Positions 36,465-47,999 of a stretch of 64,000 bases of DNA are shown piece after piece. The stretch lies in the NCBI RefSeq assembly GCF_006345805.1, contig NC_042997.1, positions 33,108,001 to 33,172,000 of the forward strand, in the 5' to 3' direction. Every line of letters begins with the position of its first letter. The first letter of the stretch is position 1. The notes under the pieces are model-generated. The model ran no database searches, was not told where the DNA came from, and saw only the letters and a list, made by a program, of their open reading frames with translations. The position numbers and the translations under genes are program-made. The DNA comes from Octopus sinensis (Eukaryota).

Positions 36465-38325
36465 TAAGTCATCTGAACTGAAGTGGCTTGATAGAGGATA
36501 GCTGACATGCTGCATTTTGGAGATTCCTGATGCACCCATCAATGTAGCTTAGGCACTCTTCTGCTATGTCTGTTATGGTCTGACTTCAGCCTGCTTGCTT
36601 ATGTCCATTGCTTTGTAGTTAGATGACAGATGCCAGTGAAAGGTATGAGGGAACGAGATATAGGCGCAGGAGTGGCTGTGTGGTAAGTAGCTTGCTAACC
36701 AACCACATGGTTCCGGGTTCAGTCCCACTGCATGGCATCTTGGGCAAGTGTCTTCTGCTATAGCCCCGGGCCAACCAATGCCTTGTGAGTGGATTTGGTA
36801 GACGGAAACTGAAAGAAGCCTGTCGTATATATATATATGTGTGTGTGTGTGTTTGTCCCCTTAGCATTACTTGACAACCGATGCTGGTGTGTTTACGTCA
36901 CCGTCACTTAGCGGTTCAGCAAAAGAGATCGATAGAATAAGTACTGGGCTTACAAAGAATAAGTCCCGGAGTTGATTTGCTCGACTAAAGGCGGTGCTCC
37001 AGCATGGCTGCAGTCAAATGACTGAAACAAGTAAAAGAGTAAAGAGAGTATAGTAAGGGTGATAACAGAGAGGTATGTGTGCTGCGAGTTTAGAGTAGAG
37101 GTAGTATGCAAATAGCTAGTTCAGAGAAGTAGAGGTGATTATTGTAGTGATAGAATAGGCAGAGAGAATGGAGAGTCATAGTAATTGAAATGGGTTGGCA
37201 AGAGAGTTTTTGCCAATACTACCTCGACTGGCTTCCGTGCCGGTGGCACGTAAAATGCACCAATCCGACTGTGGCCGTTGCCAGCCTCACCTGGCACCTG
37301 TGCATGTGGCACATAAAAAGCACCCACTACACTCACGGAGTGGTTGGCGTTAGGAAGGGCATCCAGCTGTAGAAACATTGCCAGATCAGACTGGAGCCTG
37401 GTGCAGCCTTCTGGCTTCCCAGATCCCTGGTCGAACCGTCCAACCCATGCTAGCATGGAGAACGGACGTTAAACGATGATGATGATGATGATGATGATGA
37501 CTCCTAGCAAACTGAGTTTGGTTTCCAGGTTTGTTTCTCCAGTTGTAACGTAGTTCTTTACCACTTGAATTACATTAATAATGCCCCTGGGAAAGACACA
37601 AACATCAAAACTCCCTTCTCTTTCCCTCTTAACTGAATAGGGCAGTTCAGATAATAATTCAATTAGGGATACATCTAGATATGAGTAGACAAAGATTGGA
37701 CTCTGTATATAACACTATTGTTCATACAGTCAGCTAGCAGAGGAAATAAATATTTATCTCTACCAAGGTACCCGACATCTAGGTAAAGACTTGTGAATGA
37801 AAAATGAGATGATATAGTTTTAATTCTTAGTTCATCATGAAAATAGTTACATTTCTCTGATATCCCTAATACCTTTTATAAATGTATGAAAAGTGTAAAT
37901 TCCTATTGGTGCCCTGTCACAAGAATGCAATTTTTCTTCATGTTTTGTTGACAATTTATTTCTATATCTAGCCTTTTGAGAAAAATAAAAACATAAATCT
38001 TTCTCTTGGCTCATAAAATAAAATGGAATTGTTGAGCTTCACATCTTTCAGCTGCATATATTGAAAAATTTGATCAACGTACCCTTATGACACTATCATG
38101 GCAAGGTTTGGGTGCATGTTTAAGAAGTTTACTTTGCAACTGTATGGTTCTTGTAACTATGTGGTTCTGCTTTCAATCCCACTACATGGTATCTTGAACA
38201 AGTGTTTTATACAATAGCCCCAGTTTGACCAAATTATGTAAGTTGAATTTCATTGATAAACACAAGAAATAGTGTTTATGTTTATTATTTATTGGCATAA
38301 TGACCCTTTAGAGATACATTGATAT

Positions 38326-38392
<67 letters not shown>

Positions 38393-38394
<2 letters not shown>

Positions 38395-39328
38395 TTTGGC
38401 TGCTATTTCTACCAGGTCTAGCTACCATGTAGAGGTCTCCCTCCTTGGCTCATACATACGTATATACATAGATAAGAGAGTAGGGTGTGATTTGAGGGAG
38501 ATTTGGCTGCTATTTCTACCAGGTCTAGCTACCATGTAGAGGTCTCCCTCATTGGCTCATACATACATATATACATAGATAAGAGAGAGTAGGTGTGATT
38601 TGGGGAGAGATTGGCTGCTACTTAGCAGGTCTAGCTACCATGTAGAGGTCTCCCTCATTGGGCTATACATACATATATACATAGATAAGAAGTAGGGTGT
38701 GATTTGAGGGAGGTTTGGCTGCTATTTCTTCCAGGTCTAGCTACCATGTAGAGGTCTCCCTCATTGGCTCATACATACATATATACATAGAAAAGAGAGT
38801 AGGGTGTGATTTGAGGGAGGTTTGGCTGCTACTTCTAGCAGGTCTAGCTACCATGTAGAGGTCTCCCTCATTGGCTCATACATACATATATGCATAGATA
38901 AGAGAGTAGGGTGTGATTTGAGGGAGAGATTTGGCTGCGATTTCTAGCAGGTCTAGCTACCATTTAGAGGTCTCCTTCATTGGCTCATAAATACACATAT
39001 ACATAGATAGAGAGTAGGTGTGATTTGAGGGAAATTATGCTGCTATTTCTACCAGTCTAGCTACCATGTAGAGGTCTCCTCATTGGCTCATACAACATAT
39101 ATACATAGATAGAGAGTAGGGTGTGATTTGAGGGAGATTTGGCTGCTATTTCTACCAGGTCTAGCTACCATGTAGAGGTCCCCTCATTGGCTCATACATA
39201 CATATATACATAGATAGAGAGTAGGGTGTGATTTAAGGGAGATTTGGCCTGTTATTTCTAGCAGGTCTAGCTACGATGTAGAGGTCTCCCTCATTGGCTC
39301 ATACATACGATTACATAGATAAGAGTAG
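38393..39328. repeat. Minisatellite, about 106-bp unit x about 9
   Basis: TTTGGCTGCTATTTCTACCAGGTCTAGCTACCATGTAGAGGTCTCCCTCATTGGCTCATAC... recurs every 103-109 bp. Confidence 0.95.
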
Positions 39329-39430
39329 CGTGGTGGTGGTATTGGTGGTTGTTGGTGGTGGTGATGGTGGTGGTTGCATGTGTTGGCATTATAAAATGCT
39401 GGATCAGATACACACACCACACACACACAC

Positions 39431-39467
<37 letters not shown>

Positions 39468-39829
39468 CACACACACACATATTTCGTTTTTGGATTTGGT
39501 TGGTTGCAGAGATTCTTTATATGAGTTTGTGTGTTGAAGCATATTCTGTTGTGTCTGGGGAGGGTCATTCTCTTTCGGTGCCTTATTGTTTAACACACTC
39601 CCAGTAAAATTTCCACTCATTCCCTTGTGTTTCATTTTCCTAGATTCCGTTGGTCTTGCAACTTTTCAATAGTTGGGATAAGACAGAAAGTTATCAAAAA
39701 GGTTGCAAGATGCAATGAAAATTTTAGGAGGGTAAACGGGGTAAATGAGTGGAAATTTGACCAGTGAGTTGTGTTAAGTGGTGGGGCACTGGAGGAGAAT
39801 GACCCTCCCACGACACAACAGTGGTGTGT

Positions 39830-39874
<45 letters not shown>

Positions 39875-39877
<3 letters not shown>

Positions 39878-40463
39878 AGCCCGTCTGGCACCTGTGTCGG
39901 TGGCACATAAAAACCCATCCGAGCGTGGTCGTCTGCTAGCCTTTTCTGGCACCTGTGTCGGTGGCACATAAAAACACCATCCGAGCGGGCCGTTCGCCAG
40001 CTTCGTCTGGCACCTGTGTCGGTTGGCACATAAAAAACACCATCCGAGCGTGGCCGTTCGCCAGCCTCGTCTGGCACCTTCTGTTTTTGGCACATAAAAA
40101 CACCATCCAAGCGTGGCCGTTCGCCAGCCTCATCTGGCACCTGTGTCGGTGCACATAAAAAACACCATCCGAGCGTGGCCGTTCGCCAGCCTCATCTGGC
40201 ACCTGTGTCGGTGGCACATAAAAAACACCATTCAAGCGTGGCCGTCGCCAGCCTCGTCTGGCACCTGTGTCGGTGGCACATTAAAATCACCCACTACACT
40301 CTCGGAGTGGTTGGCGTTAGGAAGGGCATCCAGCTGTAGAAACACTGCCAGATCTGACTGGAGCCTGGTGCATCCTTCGGGCTCCCCAGACCCCAGTTGA
40401 ACCGTCCAACCCATGCTAGCATGGAAAGCGGACGTTAAATGATGATGATGATGATGATGATGA
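39875..40463 (+). mobile_element. Family B with seven tandem 61-64-bp 5' units
   Basis: TCTGGCACC recurs at 39884, 39945, 40006, 40070, 40133, 40195 and 40257. Confidence 0.9.
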
Positions 40464-40681
40464 TAGGAAAAATGGACAGATAGACATTAATTAATTAGCA
40501 CAACTCCAATTTTGAATAACATCAACTTCTGATAACCTACATGTTCAATCAATTTCAAATAAATAATTAAATTAAATATGCATTTTGAATATAGTTAATC
40601 AAACACTTCATCAAGGTTAGAAACCACCATAAAAAGGATTATATATATATATTTATATAGATATATATATATATATAATAT

Positions 40682-40713
<32 letters not shown>

Positions 40714-41003
40714 ATTATATATATATATAGATAGATAGATCTTATATATATATATATATTATATATATATACGATAGATCATATATATATATTATATTAT
40801 ATATAGGATAGATCTATATATATATATTATATATATATAGATAGATCTATATAAATCTTCTAACGTCTGATTTTTCATGCTTGCATTGGTCAGATAGACC
40901 AATGTTTAGTGTGTGTGTGTGCATGCATTTATGTACATATGTTAAAAAACAATTATTATCATTATCATGATCATGATCGTGATTATCATCATCATCATCA
41001 TCC

Positions 41004-41040
<37 letters not shown>

Positions 41041-41048
41041 TATCATCA

Positions 41049-41092
<44 letters not shown>

Positions 41093-41859
41093 ATTGTTGA
41101 AGTATGCAGACATCTCTAGAGACTATTCTGAGAGAACTGGATTACTACCAAATATTGTATTACTGTCTGTTTTTCTTTCTTTCTTTCTTTTTTTAATTAT
41201 TGTGCAAATAGAGGGCTTTGAAATTTTTGGATATGCATCCAACAATCTGAACATATATCCAACTATTTAAAATAGCAAGCAAAAAATGTCTAGTACTTTA
41301 GAAATATTTAAATTTTTTTTATTCCATGCTTACATTCATTTCTATATGGTTCCTGGTTCTAGAGCAGCAGGAAATGTCCCCAGAATTCAATTGAATAATC
41401 AGACACATACATTTTGTCAAATAAAAAATATCATTTACATTACACAAAAGGCACTGACAATAGCAACAACAAGAACAACAACACTTTTGCTATTGGTTAT
41501 GATCAAAGCGATGTGTTTGACATTATTCATCTCAGCTAATGGAAGGAAAATGACAGCAATGTATCGCTGAAGAAAATGCTTCTATACTTAAAGAATTTAT
41601 TCAAGAATGGGCAAGCAGTAAGTTAATTTATCCCTGTTTTGTAGATGAGAGGTAGATTTTTCAATTGCCCTCAAAAGAAACAACTGAGGACAGCCACAAC
41701 CTTAAGTGACACATAGAAAAGTATTTCATCAGCTGATTTTAAGAAGGGCATATAGGAATGTGCATCTGATCTTGATAACAAAAGACAAGGCAACAAAATA
41801 AGCAGAGATTGTGCACTTCATACTACTGTTCATCACAAACAACACAATATGAGGGTTAC

Positions 41860-42060
41860 AAAGGCGGCGAGCTGGCGGTATTACGTCTGCCGTTACGTTC
41901 TGAGTTCGAATTCCGCCGTGGTCGACTTTGCCTTTCATCCTTCCAGGGTCGATTAAATAAGCACCAGTTATGCACTGGGGTCGATGTAATCGACTTAATC
42001 CCTTTTTCTGTCCTTGTTTGTCCCCTCTGTGTTTAGCCCCCTGTGGGCAATAAAGAAATA
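41860..42060 (+). mobile_element. SINE family D with deleted head segment
   Basis: Matches the 29869 unit but lacks about 30 bp of the tRNA-like head. Confidence 0.85.
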
Positions 42061-42879
42061 TACAGTAAAGAACATTACAGTGACCTTCATGTTGTGTTGT
42101 CTGTGATGTAGTACAAGTAGGACAAGGTGCAAACTGATGAGACATGAAAGGACATGTGATTGAGTGGGTTGGCATGGACATGCAAATCCTGATGATCCCT
42201 GAAAACCACAGAAAAATCCAAAATCTATATTCCACTGTGGGGGAAGAATGAATGGCATTAAGATTAGAGATGTGAGGTAGAAACTCCAGTTGTTATATGT
42301 GTAAGAGTAAGAACCATTTCAGGACTTTTTGCTCAGAGGAACTGGAAAGACAGAGGATGAGAGAAATTGAGTCAGAGCAAAGGCAGTAAGAACAACAATA
42401 GTAGGTCGTCAAAGCTGTTGTTTCTAGGTCATTACCAACTGGATCACTAGTTGTAAAAAAAAACTGCCACATTCTTAGTGCCAGAAGATGATGACCAAAG
42501 GTCAATTTCTTGGCCACAAACAGTAATAACACCTCATAATTCTATGTCAATAAGGAGAGTAGACAATAAGCAAGAGTGACGAACTTTTGGGAACCGTGGG
42601 AAAAAACACATCATCATCATCATCATCATTTAACGTCCATTCTCCATGCTAGCATGGGTTGGACGGTTCGACCGGGGATCTGGGAAGCCAGAGGCTGCAC
42701 CAGGCTCCAGTCTGATCTGGCAGTGTTTCTACAGCTGGATGCCCTTCCTAACGCCAACCACTCCGAGAGTGTAGTGGGTGCTTTTTATGTGCCACATCCA
42801 TGAAATAATTAAAAATTAAAAAAATAAAACTGATTCAAAAGAAAGCAGAACATCTTATGGGAATGCATGAATTTTACAG

Positions 42880-42988
42880 ATTCTTGGCAAGGAATTTGAA
42901 TGAATTTCAAGAAAATTTAGACAAATTTAGAGATATTTACAAAGATATGGGCTCCGATTATGACAATCATTTAAGAGAGAGGCTGCTG
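42880..42988 (+). CDS. Candidate orphan internal coding exon (unidentified protein)
   Basis: ttttacag|A TTC...CTG CTG|gtgaga; the only open frame is FLARNLNEFQENLDKFRDIYKDMGSDYDNHLRERLL. No partner exon found. Confidence 0.35.
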
Positions 42989-44036
42989 GTGAGAACTGCT
43001 ATATGTTAACCACATCAAGAACAATGGGCTTTTTTTTCTCAGCATTAATTGTCTCAAAGTGTACATGCTAGTGTATCTGCTTATACTCATATACTATTTG
43101 AACAACTGTTAAATGAAAAAGGGTTGTAGAGCACCCTTATTTAATCAAATCAGTAATCTTTCATAGTTTCTTTTCTTCTCGTTATATCTTGTTTTAATTA
43201 TTGTGTGTTTTATCATACTTTCTTTTTTTAATTTCTTTCTGTGCAAATATATATGTATGTATGGAATGATGGATGGATATATACATGCCTGCTTTTAAAA
43301 TTTTAATATGCTCTTCTATATATTGAATAACATCTCTCACCAATTCATTTTCATCAGCGCTGCCCCGACTGGCCTCCGTGTCAGTGGCACATAAAAAGCA
43401 CCACCGATTGTGGCCATTGCCAGCCTCGTCTGGCACCTGTGCAGGTGGCATGTAAAAAGCACCCACTACACTCATGGAGTGGTTGGCATTAGGAAGGGCA
43501 TCCAGCCGTAGAAACATTGCCAGATCAGACTGGGCCTGGTGCAGCCTTCTGGCTTCCCAGACCCCAGTTGAACCGTCCAACCCATGCTAGCATGGAAAAC
43601 GGATGCTAAACGATGATGATGATGATGATGATGATTTGTAAACTTCTCTTTCATGCTCCAATTTTGCTTTTTTCTATGTAACCTCATGTAAAACTGTCAT
43701 ATTTCTGTATTTCTTCAAGCCCTTGTGGCTAATAAGCAAAAGATATACCATTGTTGTGATTGTCATCATCAGCTTCAGTGGTGGCATCATTATTATTGTT
43801 ATCAATATTTATTCTTGCATTGAAAAACCTTGAATAGGATCACAATAATTCTTCATAATATTTCCCTTGAATGATTTCCTCAAATCATATTTCCTTAATT
43901 CAAAGACTTAGTTTTCTAAAACCTAACCACACTACCCTAACGCAAAGCATTCTTCCTGAAATTACTTCTGCTCTATGCACTGTCTACTATAATCCTGAAC
44001 ATATTGAAATATGGACATTAAATAATGATAGCGGTG

Positions 44037-44067
<31 letters not shown>

Positions 44068-45469
44068 TATATATACATATATATATATACATATGTGTGT
44101 GTGTATGTGTGAATACACATGCACACACACACACACATTTATCACATACATATATAAATAATATATATATAAATACATATCAATGAAAGAACCTGAATGC
44201 CATTGCAAAGCTCACTACAATTAAGAATAATTTTTCTATCAAACAGCATCTTGCTATATATATATAAAAAATCACATTAGGTAATGTAATCTACAGTTTC
44301 AGGTAATAAAAGGTTCAGGTGCTATGACTAGAATGCTTTTGATCATAAATACAGTGGAAGTCAAAGAAGGGAGAACTGTAGCTGTAAGAAAAGAAATAAT
44401 TCCATATTTTCTCAATATTTAACTCAATATTTTTTCCCCATGCATTGATATTACTTTACACAATAAAACTGCCAACACCCATTGCTTTGTAAGACTATTC
44501 TCCAAATTCTGACTATTTAAAACATTGCTATTATTTTGTCTTCCTTAGAAGTTTGTGAAATGGTAGATTGCTGAACAAAAGCCTTTAAAATGCTTAGAAT
44601 AAATTCCACTATAAGGGACTTTGCTCAGCATCCCTTCTAAGTCAATAAAATAAATATAAATTATTTATTGGGTTTGATTCACTAGACCATACATTAATAT
44701 CTATTTATTCTGCTATTGCATGAATTCAATACCTTTTTTTTTCCCAAGGTACAGGGGTGGCTATATGACTGAGAAACTTGCTTCCCAACCATGCAGTCTT
44801 AGATTCAGTCCCACTGTGTGGTATTTAGATTAAGGGTCTTCTACTATAGCCCCTTGTGAATAGCTTTGGTAAACAGAATCTGAAAGAAACTTGCCTCCTT
44901 CCCACACAGTTATATATAATTGATGGCCTTCTTTCAATTTCTGTCCACAAAGTCCATTCACAAGGCTTTGGTCAGCCCAAGGCTATACTAGAAGACACTT
45001 GTCTAAGGTGTCATGCAATGGAACTGAACCCAGAACCATGTGGCTAGGAAGCAAACTTCTTACCACACAGCCACTCCTGCTATTCTCTAGATTGGCAAAT
45101 TTCAATACACATGTCTAAGAAACAAAAGATTCAACTATTAACTGTTACCAAACCACTGGAACAGACCAAAGTCTATTAATAATTGAGTGTTCAATGCTTA
45201 GTCTTTAAATGAGGTGATTACTTGCGAAAACTGATTTCCTTTAACCTTTTTCTTGAATATTTGAAGTGAATCTCAGTAGCTTAGTGATTATATTATTTGG
45301 TGAGAATTTCTTAATTCATGTAGTTAGGATGAAAGGCTTTTTTTTATGGAATTTCTGATACTTTTATTAATGCTAACAACAGCTGTTGGTGACAGAAATT
45401 GCTTTAAATAATACTGAGATTGGGAAGTATCAAAGGAAAATTATATGAAAAATAGCAAAAGGATAAATG

Positions 45470-45905
45470 AGACAGAGAAGAGAAGAGAGAGAGAAATAGA
45501 GAGTGAGAGAGAGGGAAACAGAGTGAGATAGAGAGGATAGGAGAGAGATGGAGAGAGGATAGGAGAGTGAGTGAGAGAGAAAAAAGAAGAGAAAAGAGAG
45601 GAAAGAGAGGAGGAGGGTGAGTAGGTAGAATGAAAAGATGAGAGAGGAAGAGATGGAGAGAGAAATAGAGAGTGAGAGAAAGGGAAAAGAGAGATAGAGA
45701 GGATAGGAGAGAGATGGAGAGAGGGTAGGAGTGAGTGAGAGGAGGGGTGAGAGAGAAAAAAGAAGAGAAGAGAGAGGATAAAAAAGGAGGGAGAGCAAGA
45801 GAGACAAAGGAAGAAGAGAGAGAGAGAAAGGAGGAAGAAAGAGAGAGAGAGAGAAACAATGAAGAAATGGATGGAGAGAGACAAGAAAGAGAAATGACGA
45901 AGAAT
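45470..45905. repeat. GA-rich polypurine tract with about 120-bp internal duplication
   Basis: 45487-45601 resembles 45659-45778. Confidence 0.9.
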
Positions 45906-47947
45906 AGAGAAGTAGAAGATAATCAAGAATTAGTGTTACAAGAGTAATATTGATCATGATGACAATGTCAGTTTGATATTGGTTGTAGTGACTGTTGGAA
46001 CATCTGTATTTTCTTTGACATCATCTTTATTTTGATAGAGTGTTGTGCTATAGAGTGTGGTATTTATTCTTGCTCTTTATGCTTTGAGTTCAAATCCTAC
46101 TGAGATCAACATAGCCTTATTTTATTGATCCTTGCAAGGTTGATAAAATAAAGTACGGAATGATAAAAATAAAGGCGCAGGAGTGGCTGCGTGGTAAGTA
46201 GCTTGCTTACCAACCATATGGTTCCGGGTTCAGTCCCACAGCGTGGCATCTTGGGCAAGTGTCTTCTGCTATAGCCCCGGGCCGACCAATGCCTTGTGAG
46301 TGGATTTGGTAGATGGAAACTGAAAGAAGCCTGTCGTGTATATATATATATATGTATGTGTGTGTATATGTTTGTGTGTCTGTGTTTGTCCCCCTAGCAT
46401 TGCTTGACAACCGATGCTGGTGTGTTTGCATCCCCGTCACTTAGCGGTTCGGCAAAAGAGACCGATAGAATAAGTACTGGGCTTACAAAGAATAAGTCCT
46501 GGGTCGATTTGCTCGACTAAAGGGGATGCTCCAGCATGGCCGCAGTCAAATGACTGAAACAAGTAAAAGAGTAAAAGAGAGTAATTCAAGTATTTTATTG
46601 GCTAACCCCTACCCTCTATCAAAGCCTTATGCCTAGATAAAAAAAATCATTTATGGTGGATTGGCAGAATTGTTAGTAGTGCATGAAACAAAATATCTTG
46701 GGGGTATTTACATTCTAATTATAAACCCAGATCCTGCTGAGGTCAACTTTACCTCTTATTCCTCTGGTTTTCATACACTGAAGTACCAGTCAAGTAATAA
46801 GATCAGTGCAATCTGCCCTTCTATCAATCTCTCATATTCCCTTGTGCTGTATTTTTTACATCCAATCTCCTTACCAACAACCAGTATGTACCTACCAAAC
46901 ACTATCTCTCCCCCATTACTACCTCCTCTATCACTGTTTTACACCCATTCTCTTTTTGCCACTATCTCTTCTATTCACACTCTTAATTGTGTGGCCTTGA
47001 ACCATTGGTAACAACATAAAGAAGGCTCTTTTAGTCTTGCTGGGGACAAGACACCTCTTTACTGTTGGTGCTATAATAAAATTCACTTAGTACTCTCTAT
47101 ATAGTGGTTGGCAAATGAGCAAAGACAATGGAGAGTTGAAGGGACCCTTTAGTCCTGTTGTGGATAAGACAAGGTCTCTAATGCTGGTGCCAATATAAAA
47201 TTCCTCCAATACACTCTATAAAGAAGCTGGTATTTGGAAAGGCATCCAGCTGTAGAAACTGTATCAAAAATGAATTGTACAATAGCTTTTGACTCATCTG
47301 AGATGGTAGTAACAACAAATAAGAACTAATCTTGACTAGGATCCTCTTTCCAACTTATGCCAACTTGGAAAGTAGATGTGAAATGGCAACAATGATGAAG
47401 GCGAAAACAAAGAAGAAATAACAATATGATGCATCAAGCTAAGAATTACATTTTTGTGCCTCATAAAAATGTTAACAATGCTGACTAACAAGAGAAAATT
47501 TTAAAAAATTAGCAAGGTGGGTTTTATAACTTAGGCAGCGGTTGGTTTGGTATAAGAGAATATTTGCAAAAGAAGAGTACACTGAAAGAGTCAGTAGAAA
47601 AACTAGGAAGATGCATTTTTTCAATGGCTGTTCAGCAATTATGTTGGTGTTAAGGCTGGGTATAGTTAAGTATTTGATGCCAGGCTTCAAGTGTTAAAGT
47701 ATATATACATTAAAGCTTTGTTCATATACCCTTACTCTTTACTCTTTTACTTGTTTCAGTCATTTGACTGCGGCCATGCTGGAGCACCACCTTTAGTCGA
47801 GCAAATCGACCCCGGGACTTATTCTTTGTAAGCCCAGTACTTATTCTATTGGTCTCTTTTGCCGAACCGCTAAGTGACGGGGACGTAAACACACCAGCAT
47901 TGGTTGTCAAGCAATGCTAGGGGGACAAACACAGACACACAACACAT

Positions 47948-47999
<52 letters not shown>

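Noticed and set aside
38393-40290. CRISPR-like appearance of regular repeats
   Set aside because: The units are contiguous tandem copies with no unique spacers and no cas genes, in eukaryotic DNA.
41536-41617. Segment with a good acceptor and GTAAGT donor
   Set aside because: All three frames from the acceptor contain stops, and the phase is incompatible with the 42880 candidate.
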